From Macrostomum lignano (taxonomy: Eukaryota), in assembly GCA_002269645.1 (NCBI GenBank), contig NIVC01003431.1, positions 34,012-98,011 on the forward strand: DNA of 64,000 bases, read 5' to 3'. This document shows positions 33,201 through 45,200 of the stretch, piece by piece. Each line of letters begins with the position of its first letter. Positions within the stretch are counted from its first letter, which is position 1. The notes under the pieces were generated by a model. That model made no database searches and was not told the origin of the DNA. It saw only the letters and a program-made list of their open reading frames with translations. A program made the position numbers and the translations under genes.

Positions 33201-36200
33201 GGACGAGGATAGTAGTAGTAGTAGTAGCGAAGATTTAGCCGCTTCTGTGCCCAGTCTGGATCACGTGATTCACACTCTGTCCTTCGGTAGTACGGCTAAC
33301 AGTCAGCTGCGTCACGCTTTCAAAGAGGTTTCCTCGTTCACGCCGCTTGATAATCGGTCCGTGACGGATAAGCCTGAAGGCATTTCGCACGATTATTTTC
33401 TCAAAATTGTGCCCTCGATATTTGACGCACCATCCTTCAGGCTGTTTCCGTATCAGTTCACGTCTGTGTACAGGGTGAGGCTGAATGCTCCGGGGTGACT
33501 TTAGGTACCTCTGTGAGGGCAGCTGAGCTCTCACTGTAGGTTATTGGATGGCAGCTGAGCTCCCACTGTAGGATATTGGATGGCAGCTGAGCTCCCACTG
33601 TAGGATATTGGATGGCAGCTGAGCTCCCACTGTAGGATATTGGATGGCAGCTGAGCTCCCACTGTAGGATATTGGATGGCAGCTGAGCTCCCACTGTAGG
33701 ATATTGGATGGCAGCTGAGCTCCCACTGTAGGATATTGGATGGCAGCTGAGCTCCCACTGTAGGATATTGGATGGCAGCTGAGCTCCCACTGTAGGATAT
33801 TGGATGGCAGCTGAGCTCCCACAGCAAAATGGCGTGAAGTCTAACCAGAACCAAACGATAAACTGCAGCTCCTGCCATCGGGCCATGACCACGCTTTTTC
33901 CTACGGCAAGCCGGCCATTTGGTTTCGCTACGAGACAGCGCCTGTTGTAGTGAAATATAAGGAACACGAGAAGCCGTTCTATCACTTCCTGACTCAGGTG
34001 AGTCGACTCCACTTTTTGTTTTAACTGACTAACTAATAAGCTACTTATATTCCCTCTGGTAAATAAACCAGATAACATAACATCACAAGATAAACAAGAT
34101 AACATGCCCTATTCCGGTTATGCAAAATGTTATCTTGTATGAATCCTGTTTGCGTGACGAAATCTTAAGTTTCCTTGTTTCAAACAAGATTCAAATAGGA
34201 TTCATTGACCAGGTAACAATCGGGTAATTCATGCGAATCCTCGTGTTATCCTGTTTGTTATCTTGTTTGTTATCCTGTCTGGCAAACAGGATTCGCTGAC
34301 CAGGTAACAGTCGGGTAATTCATGCGAATCTTGCAGGGAAACATCGTGTTATCCTGTTTGTTATCTTGTTTGTTATCCTGTCTGGCAAACAGGATTCGCT
34401 GACCAGGTAACAGTCGGGTAATCCATGCAAAAGAAAGCCGGAAGGCATTGACATCAAATTTCGCAGGAAAGAAGCGTATAAAAAGTTGGTGCTTCAAGAT
34501 TTTGAGTAGCATCTCTATATTTAACAGCGGGATGTCATTTGTAAGCGCCTTATACAAACTAAACGGTAGCTCAACATGAACGGAAACTTCTGGAGAAACT
34601 TCTGGCATGCGTCTGAGTTTCGAGAGTCCAGTTACAAGTAGACCTACTTATACTGTGGTTACCAATTGCTACTTCTGAATTGGTGATCTACTGCGACCTG
34701 TTGTACTCGCTGGCGAGGTCGGACCTGCTGTACTCGGATGCGACTCTGACGGCGGTCGACGCATGAGCCAGACGTTTGAAAGATCGGGTTGCGCGCGCGG
34801 ACGGCGATTAATGAGACCACCGACGGGGGCTTGCATTATATGCCGGCACAATGGAACGACTTTGCATTATTAAAGTTAAATTAAATGGCGATGGAAGGCA
34901 GTTTCTCCGAAATATACACAGCTATAAAGAAACAGTAATGTACATACACACTCGATTGTCTAGCTCTAACAGACAGTGACGGTTCGCCGACAGGCATTGC
35001 CATATTATACGACCGTTCACTAGTATGTAACGTCAGCTGTGTCGATAGAATTGTCATTCGTAGCATAGTTGTCATCCGGAAACAACTGGCTTTCGTTAAT
35101 CGGCTGCTCGTAGACCGGAGACGAAGTGAATGGCGTGTCATATAAAGTATCCGTTTGGGCTGGGATGGAGTCGTCGTGCAGTTGCGTCCACGAAATGCCG
35201 ACTGCGCGAGGGGAAGATGTTACTTGATTGCCGCCGATCGGCGGTGTATTAAAGCCAGCCCACCAGACAGACATCAGCGAGCCGTAGGGAGCAGCAATAT
35301 AGGATGGAACTACGCCAGCAGCTCCGCTAGTACGACCTACTGGTTCCACTGGCAAATCAGCCAGAAATAGTTCGTCGTACTACCTCTTGACGCAAGTAGC
35401 TGCCCGTGCTGCAGCCGCCGCATGCTTGTCTACGGACAGCGAGGTGTCGTGCAGTCGACAATCTACAGAATTAGTTGTACATAGCGGCTGGTTTCGCTAA
35501 GATCAGTTTGATAGAAGTGAAACAGGTTGTACCTACGTATGTGCATCCCTTATATACGTGTAGGATGTTACTAGGTACAATATTGACAGAGCGTTTGTCT
35601 GGACGACCGGGCGGTGCAAAAATTGTCGGTCGGCGCAACAGAATAACATCGCCACGACGCAACGGCCCAATCTGCGAGCGTACGCTGCCTTGGACACTGC
35701 AACCAATCATCCCGGTTGGGTCGCATGCATCAATTGTAAAAGCCGACGAGGTTGACGCTGAGCAGATCTGCTGGTCAGTAACTCGTTAAATAAGTAGCAA
35801 CAATATCGGAGACCTGTTCGTTGACGAATGGCTTCCGTTCGCTGCTCAATTTCGCGCTTGTCTTTCGGCTCTATTAGTATTTGCCTAAAGCCGTCGTCGT
35901 TTGACAGGCGAACCAATGCGTTGGGGTTGACTTCACGTGGCAGCATTGTAACAATAGCGTCGGCAGCCTCCACAGCACCCATAGTCTGCTTCATTTGCGC
36001 CAACTGGTCAGTGGACCAATTACTGTGGGCATATATACCAACTTCTCGAGATTCGTCATCGATTAAAATCTGACCAGATTCGTCTTGCCGATCGGCAGAC
36101 TCTGCATTGACACTATCAGAGCCTCCGATTTTGCGTCTTGCAACATGTACTGCACTGAGTAGTCGTTCACACCAGTGCTCAACCACGCTCATAACCTGCT

Positions 36201-39200
36201 GCATTTTGGCGTCCCGACTGAAGTCACCTGTGATAGAGTGCGTGCAGATAAATATCGAGAGTTGCTGTTATTGAATAATTTAATCACTAGTTATTCAATA
36301 CAAAGATATTGAAATTACGCAGTAAAACAATAGTTTCTTTACGGTGACGCACGTTGCTCGTCCACAATGGAAACTTGCGAGCGCAATTGGTTGGTTAGTG
36401 TACAACACGAACCACAAGGATTCGGCGCACTATTAGTTTGCAACGGGCCCGACGCGGATGCGACGCGTTGCGCAGCAGCTATGCTAGTGTATGGTCCACT
36501 CCATATAGTGGCGCCATATCTTGCGACCGAAGCAGTCTTTGTTTTGGCTGTCACGACGACAATACGACAACCAACAGTGGGTTGCTCATAACGATCGTCA
36601 AGTGCAACAATATCGGTGCTAAGTATCGCACCTCTGTCGTTGTTGATGTCGTAAATGACAGCCCACGCGGACGAATCTGCAGATTTATAACCGCGCATTC
36701 CATCAGAGGCACTTGCTGCGCTTGCACTGGTACGAAGGTCACTCAGAAAGTTCTTAGCCTGAACAAGAAAACAGCAACAAATGAACTAAAAAAGCGACTA
36801 CAAGTGCTCAAAATACTCTCCACCGGCATTGATACAGGCTTGCATCCTGTGAAACCAGCTGTCGAAGCAATGCCGCCAATCCTCATCGCGGAGCTCCTCG
36901 ATGATGTTTTTAAACTCATTTACAGCTTCTTCCGGTGAAGAAAAGACTTGGCCCTTCAGAATCTCCTTGCACTTCGGAAACAAAAAAGTCGCACGGTGCC
37001 AGGTCTGGACTGTACGCAGGGTGAGTCATCAGCTGGACCCCACAGTCAGCCAGAAACTCGAGAGTTTGAGCCGCCGTGTGCGCACTGGCGTTTTCGTGGT
37101 GCAGAAGCTGCCCGCGCATTCCGCACCTTGGGCGCCTCTGGCTCACAGCAGAAAAGACTTTGGGTAGGCAAACCGTTGTGTACCAGTCAGCGGTGACTGT
37201 CTGGCGATCTTTAAGTGAAACGGAAGCCACATGCCCAGTGCGCATGAAGAAACAGGCCACCATCTGCTTGCCGACACTTCGGCTGCGTCGAAACTTGGTG
37301 GGGCTGTCCTCGTCTCCAAAGGTCCACATGGCTGACTGGCGCTTGCTTTCGGGGTCGTATTGATAAATCCAGGTCTCATCGCCCGTGAGGATGTCCCAGA
37401 TACGCCGGCTGGTCCCAGATTCGAATTTCTGCAGCATGAATCGGCACCAAGCCACCCTGGTGTCCTTCTGCACGTCAGACAGCTGATGGGGGATCCACCG
37501 GGAAGCCAGCTTCCGCACTCCAAGGTTTTCATGCAGAATGGCGTGCACACTCCCCGATCCAATACTGATCTCCTGCTGGATCTGCTGGTAGGTCACTCGC
37601 CGGTCAGCGGCAATCATGCTGGACACAGCGCAGATATTTTCTGGAGTCACTGCGTCACAGGGTCTCCCGGATCGATGTTCATCTTCGAGGCTTTCTCGAC
37701 CTCGGCGAAACTCAGCAAACCAGTTTTTGACGGTTGCGTATGAAGGACATAGATGGGTGAAAACGTTCTGTAAATTTTGATACTAATCGGCCGGCGACTT
37801 GCCTTGCTTGAAGTGCAAGTACATCATTGCTCTGAAGTCGCGATTTTCCAGCTTCATTGTTGAATTGAAGAACTCAGGGGGTGAACTAACTTTAACTCGC
37901 TGCAGTGGACTCAAAAGTGGCTGCTTCTGTTTGCAAATTTTGCTGCAATACTTTTAAAAGTTAGTCTTTACCATAGACAAATTTCATGCTTCTACGTCTC
38001 GTGGATCCTTTTTCTTTTCTTTTTTTGCAAGTTTTTCTTTGTTGACCTCGCGCTGGCGGTCCCATCGAAGATTTCCGACTGTGGCGATGCTTTCGAGACT
38101 GTCGATTGGTCGTACACTTTTTCGCGGTCGTTTTTCCGCTTGTTCCGCGTCTATATCAACGGGAGGTTCGTCCTCTTTTAAGTGATTAACGCAGCTCTTC
38201 TTGCCCATTACTTTCCAAGTCAAGCAGACGACTGAAAAGAGATGTTCAAAAGCATATAACTTTAAATAACACATTATGAAATTTTTAAGAATATGAAAGG
38301 ACGCTCTCAAGATACGATCATAATTTCCACAAGATCTTGCGTACACGCTAAAGTTAGTTCTAAGGAATTTCCTTATGGGATAGTGGACGGCCAACCAGTC
38401 GCTGTGGTGAAATACATTCTTGGTTCAATGCAACTACATAATGAAGTACTTAATGACGAAACACGAGATATAATGTAATAATGGACGCAAAATGCGTGAA
38501 GCACTTATTTACTGATACGTGTTTGATACACTGACGCAGTTACACAGTAATTGAAAAATTTAAATTGGCAGATTTCATACATAAAGTGATACCGTATAAA
38601 TGTAGAGTCCCCATGGGTGGATCGTGATGCCGCTCTTATGATTCAGTCACACTGTCATCATAGTGGTTGTGGAATTACGCATCTGGTGTACAAAGGAATG
38701 GCCATTGATGAAAAGATCGTGTGAACGTATTTTGCCTTATTTGATGCCTGTGTGAATGAGTGTTATAACGTTCATAGATAAAGTTGAAGAAGTTTTTTTA
38801 AACAGGGTGGCAACATACAGTGGAACAGATTTTATCTCAGCAATGAGCGGTACAGTACTTGACGGTACGAAGACTGCTTAATAAGTTCGTAGAAATTGTA
38901 TATTTCTATTATGCAAATAAAATGAGATTTCAAGTCTTCCGTTCAATAGCTGAGAGCTGTCATGTGAAATTTTAGTCTCCTCAACTAAAGGCTAAGACGC
39001 AGTGGTCGAAAAAGTGATACGACCCCAGATTCCTGAGCGCTTTCAGCTGCTTCCAAAAGTGTTATGTGATGAAGTCTCATCCCAGATGCATGCCTGGATC
39101 TTGACGATGAACGAACGATGAGCAAAGGCTATTACAAGCTGGAAACTGTCACCCATTTGGAATTGAGTGACTGCTTTGCAGCATGGTTTCATAGGACATA

Positions 39201-42200
39201 AAAAGCAACAATCTGTCTGAAAACTACGTTGAAAAGTCTCATTATGTGGGGTATATGCAAGCAAACGTTTGAGGTGACAGCTTACTCAGAATTGTCTTTT
39301 CCGCGAACTTATTAAGCAACGGCAATACAATACAATGGGCTTGGGCAGTACAACGAACACACAAGCGCATAGGAGAGCAAATTCACGAAAAAGATAGTTG
39401 CGCATGCGGCAGCGTGACTACATGCGTGTCGCTGACAGCACAGGATCCCACAATCAATTTGATAGGAACACGAATATCATTTCCGCCAATGTCACCGAAC
39501 GGATCGCAAGCCAGCTTGCGGACGTGGATGAGTCGGCAATCTCGATTTGGCGCATCGACCGGAATGGCCACGAGCACTAATAGAGGATCCTCCATCGGTG
39601 CGGTCAGACGGAGCGGTTCCATCAGTAGATGTAGATCGCCTCCATCCTCATCCGCTTCCAATTTGTAGACGCGACCAAAGTCTATCGCTGACCAACCAGC
39701 GTCAGTCCATACGGCAACAAAGCTGGAGACAACTCTTTTCTGTGACATAGACTGTCTAAAAACGTCGATCATTGTGCCGTCATGCAATGTAACTCGCTCC
39801 CATTTAATCGGATTGCCAGCATATCTTCTAGGTCGAGACACAGTCCACACCTGATGTTCTTCATTGTCATGCGTCTGGCGACTGGCGTGTTAGGCAACTG
39901 AAGATCTTCAGTTGTCTTGTCAGCCAATTGTGCAACTAATAGCTCAGTTTGAATGACATTCGCTCTATATCTACGTCGGTCGCTCGCGAGCCGCGTATGC
40001 GTTTACGAATACTACAATGAAATGACTCGAAAAGTGATGCCGATAACTGGTGTATTGGCCCTGCCAACTCTGCGTGCATCAGGGTATGCACGCATACCTG
40101 ATGAGCGTTTTAAGTCAAGGCCCGATTGGAGAACATTATCTGGAGTAGGCGATGAAAGTACGACAATGTCGTTCGCACATGTCAGCTCATCGATCGACGA
40201 AACAACACACGACGATGCGAACATGGCGGACGATACAGCCAGCAGTAGCTGATAGTACCTGCCGTGGTCATAGCATACCAGGAAATCTTCCAGTACCATC
40301 GGACCGTAAGCTAACATCCACATTTCAAACTCATGGCCCCGATATCTCTTCTGAACACTATGTGGCACTCGAATTCTTGCAAGTCGTTCATCAATCTGGC
40401 TAATCCATCGGTGCAAATCGGGGTTTCTCGCCGTCTGGTCTGGCTTTTGATGTCGTATTAGGAACAACTGGTACATCGGATAACCGGTCAGACCAGCACA
40501 GTTTTGGTGCAAATAGCACGGCGGACAACCCCTAATGTAGTCGAACCCGACCAGTTCACTCAGTGGAGATCTGGCTCGCACTCCAAGCGTGTCTGTCTTG
40601 TCGTCAATACGAGCCACGCGCATTCTGTCTCTTTCGGATTCGTGCCGATCGGCAAGCATGTTAGTGTCGGTGACGCACCGGAACTCTGCCTGTGTACACC
40701 CACGTCTGACAGCAAGTTCAGCATAGCGTTGGTGATTTCAAGTGGAAACATACGTCCGGATCCAAACGTCTGTTTCTTCGTCCGAATGTAACATTTTTCG
40801 CATCCGTATATCGCGTTAAATCGCTTCATACCTAGTGCATCCGCTCTAGCAGGGGCATCGAAGATGGCCTGGAAAGAGTGCAGTCTAAGGATCTGCTTAT
40901 TGCCGTGTCTGTCTACATACTCGACGCCTTGGAACCTTAACCTTTCCCACGTAATCGGCGTTGCCACTATGCTTGCATTCTCTGCTTGCCAGTCAATGCG
41001 GGTGCGGCCCTTTTACGTATGCCAAGCCGCCAATTTCTCATATAGTGCGTTGCATTGTGCGTTTCGTCCGTCGGATCTGGCCCTGCAGACTGTGCTGAAG
41101 TGCCGACGTCGTCCATGCTGGAGAAGTCAGAGTAGGGCTGTTTTGTAACAAAACGGTATTATACTAATCCGATCAGCTATATGACATTCATATATGCAAT
41201 AGGTTTGATGAAACGGGGTCAAATCTATATAGGCGTGTGTAGCTATTCCAGATCACTACGGTATCCTACTAAAAATGAGAGGATCCAGGATTTCCTTGAC
41301 TACTGTGAGTGTTGACCATAGTATACAATTGCACTAACATATGGCCGGATGAACGGTAACAGTTGAAATTCTGTAATAGAAATCATGGTTAGATAGTTCG
41401 ATGAAATGAGTGTAAGGCAATGCAACCATGATCTGTAATGATCAAACAGAACGTTCGTAAACAGCAACAGCGAAGCAAGAACAGATGGTAAGTTTTTTTT
41501 ACTTCCAACGGTACAAATGCAATAATGAAACATGGTGGACACGAATAGTGCATGATAAAAATTATTAAAATGCAAGCATCAAATGCCGAACTGGCAAGAT
41601 TTAATTGTAAAATTGTAAACAGCACAATGGCAATGGGACAAGGGAATTTGCATGTTTTAAAGAGTAGGTGGCATCTGCAAGATCGGACAAGGACAAGGTC
41701 GCGTGACCAACATTAAGGGCGATGGAAAAAATTAATGAACTGACGAATCAACGGACGACGGACAGAGAAGCAGAATAGTACGTGTATAAATGAAAAAAAA
41801 CTACTCTACTTGCTACTTGGGTACGCGGCTTTTGCATCGGAAATTCGTGCACGGCCGAAACTCTGTACTTTGGCTGGCAAATTTGCCAGCCTCCGCACAG
41901 ACACCAGACTGGCCACATTTTCCCTACTATACTGTTCACTCGCTGTGATACCGTTTTTCTGCATTTATCGTTTCACCGATGCTAATCAGGATCGGCTAAT
42001 TCTAATTACTTATAACTGCGAATGGAACACGCATTAGAGTGAACGGGCTAGTAGAACAGACAAAATCAAATCAGGGACGGGTGTCGGTGAAAAGCAGTGC
42101 TAATATCAAAAGCCTAACTGGCGGATACAAGTCCGTTCTGACAGTTCCTGTGCACGCGTATTCTATTGCAACCGATCACTATTCGCAGCTCAATTTACGA

Positions 42201-45200
42201 TTTTCGTTCGCAGCGCGCCTGCCTGAGTGATGAAGGTCGCATCGGTCTCACACCCACCCTACTCGCATGACTTGGCCCCCTGCGACTTTTTCCTTTTACC
42301 GACAGTCAAACAGCAGATTCGGGGCCAGCGATTTGTGACCCCAGATGCAGCCCTGCAAACTTACATGCATGCAATGGACACCCTGTCAAGTTCGTCCACC
42401 CTGTTTCGCCTAATGGAGAAGTGCATTGCTGTTGGAGAGAGTTACTTTAAAAAAGTTTAGAGTTTTGTTTGGTTATTAGCATTATAACCGTTCCATTCTA
42501 AAAACTTTCGGAGTAAACCCTCGTATACAGGGCAGCAACATGCACAGAAACTGTCTGACTGAACTAGACAAAAATATACACACTGCGGCACTGCTTCACA
42601 GATCACAAATTAGTTCATGAACGGGGCAGTCGCCGTCCCTGTGCGTACACTCAGGAACAAACAAAGTCCTTCGGTATGGAGCACAGCAACTCGTCGATCG
42701 ACGGGTTGTCTGTGCTGCACGCGGCATCGGCATGTCGAGTGGCAAGCACGCGCGGGACGCCGACCCGGTCAGGCAGTAGCCCCATGCTGTCGAAAGCGTC
42801 TCTGCGACGCGTCGCCTCGCCACCGGCGCACTTGAACAGTTCGACGCTGGGCTCGCCGGCATCAAAATTTAAATAGTGGCCTTCGACGACGACAATCATA
42901 ATGCTGTAGCATAATACAATATGCGGCAGACACTTGCACTCGTTTGGCCCAGTTTTCACCAGTCTGGCGCAGGCGTCGCCAGGCAGTGCGTCAGTTATTC
43001 GGCGACGACCGCCGCCGCTGTTTTCTTGACGACCGCCAAGCTTCTCATTATACCAAAAGTCCATGAACAGCGCCTGCGATGCCATGCACAGCGGTGCATC
43101 GCAATCAGCACTATCCTGCATACTGTGGTACGCAGGCTTCGACTTTGCAGGCAGTTTAAACGCTTTCAGCGTATGCCGCAGCATATATTGGCCCGCGTCA
43201 AAGCTTGAATGGTTTAAGAGTCTGATGCAGACCCAATATAAGCACGGCCAGACGCTGGGCTAGTAGTGCGTTGAATGCGTTCTCTATGCGCAGCACCATT
43301 GTCGACTTGGCCAAGCAGATTTGCTGGCCCTCGTTGAAAAAATGATTAGTCAACGGCTGCACCAAACGCACCACCTCGGTCGGCCAGGCGAAAATTAACA
43401 CTGCAGTTAGTGCATCGCACCCGCAATGTACGGCGCGGATGCGCGCCTCTTCTCTGCCTGCGGAGATGGCATTCGCATGGCGCTCTGCGAGTGTCAGGCG
43501 GCGATTTGACCGGTGTACTGGCTGAAACACTAACTGCTGATTTTGTTTAGAAAGAAGAAAAACTTCCGCACAGTGCGGGCCGACGAAGCCGCTAATGTCA
43601 CGGTCGGCCATCGATGAACTGACCCCGCGAATAGCATCTGCTGATGGCAGGCTATTCAGCATCGAGAAGCGCCGTTAACTGTGTCGAATGGCGTGCCATC
43701 TTCATCGCCCGCGTCCACTATTGTGCACAGTACCCGGACGATGGACTCTACACGCATCATCTGCAAAGGTATTATTGGATGCGCGTTTATAGTAGCATTT
43801 AAATCATACTGATTTAAATCGGTAGCATTGTAATGGCATTACAAGCAGTATATTAATAGTCGAATTCTACTTACGCGTACGTCGTCCATAATTTCTCCGA
43901 ATCGACGGCGATTTTCGGAGCGATTCGACGGCGGCAGCGTCTGCAGGGTCGACGGATGCAGCTGCTACAGAAGCGCAAGACTGGCCGCGACGCTGGGCGT
44001 TGGCTGGCAGATCTGCCGGCCGCCGCCCATGTGTCGGCTTGGCCACCTGGCCAGAAGTCATGGTTTGCGCCGCTGCTGCAGTTGTCGGCGTCACTTCGTC
44101 GACGACGATGTCGTTGCCGTCGACGTGCAGCAGCCCTGTGCAGTGCACGTCCACGAATTCGCGCACACTATCGCAGCCAACGCTCTGGACCGCTTCAACA
44201 AGCGTCTGGCGCCGGACAGCTAGGCAGGTTTTGTTGACGTCCTTCAAACTCTTTCGCGTATTTCTTTGGTCAAATGATTGGTGTGGCCGAGGTACGCGAA
44301 TCATCATTAGTAGCTGCTCGCGCAACTGCGTGACCGAGTAGTCGAAAGAGGTCGCATATATAGTGGTTTGCATTTTGCAGTATGATGCAAGCTCTGAAAT
44401 TGCATGATACATTTTTAACTCGTATAGTCGAATTGAACGCACGGTATTGAAGTAAATGTTCTATCTCAGTGAATACTTCTGCCAACTGCAATTAATGCTA
44501 AACATTTGATCCGAACTACTTTGGTATGATTCCTGACCTGCTATAAGAATATATACGAGCTATCCATATAGCATATATACATCTACGCGTGTATCGATTT
44601 GGATCTCGGCGATTTTACGGACGAAATGAAAGACTACGTCCAACTGTATGATAAACACATAAATAACTAGTTGCATACAAATATATACTAGTTTCTTTCC
44701 CTACTTCTATATAGTAAATCCTGTATACTAAAATTGAGTTGTCTGTAACTCAGTTATCCGTACGATATGCGCTCCGTTACCCTTTGATATACGCGCTAGT
44801 GTAATGAAACTACTAATATTAAAATGATAGGAAAGAAATGAATGCAGAACTTGTAAACAGAAACTTATTTTCGTAGATTTATTTGCGTCAGCTGTACAGG
44901 ATCTGTACGAAAATATCAAGACAAGATTACCGACACTCCTATAAACACCGGTTTAAATAGCCGCCAACTGGACCGCAATTTGTTATAATGGCCGAGTCTC
45001 TAAAGACTACTCGCTTGACTTGTTCGAGGTTTTATTAGCCCTCGACAAGATTACCGACACTCGTAGTCTGTAACGACTACTCTCTTGACTTGTTCGAGGA
45101 TTTATTAACCCTCGACAAGATTACCGACACTCGTAGTTCGTATAGACGACTCTCTCGACTTGATCTGCTCACGGCTGGTGCAACTGCAAACGCCTTAGAC

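Noticed and set aside
42651-43184. OTU protease reading of DSADC...ASQALF...GHY
   Set aside because: Cys-to-His spacing looks short for OTU, and the Ulp1 motifs (F..F...KL, H..., FDSMG, DGDC) fit better; neither is proven.
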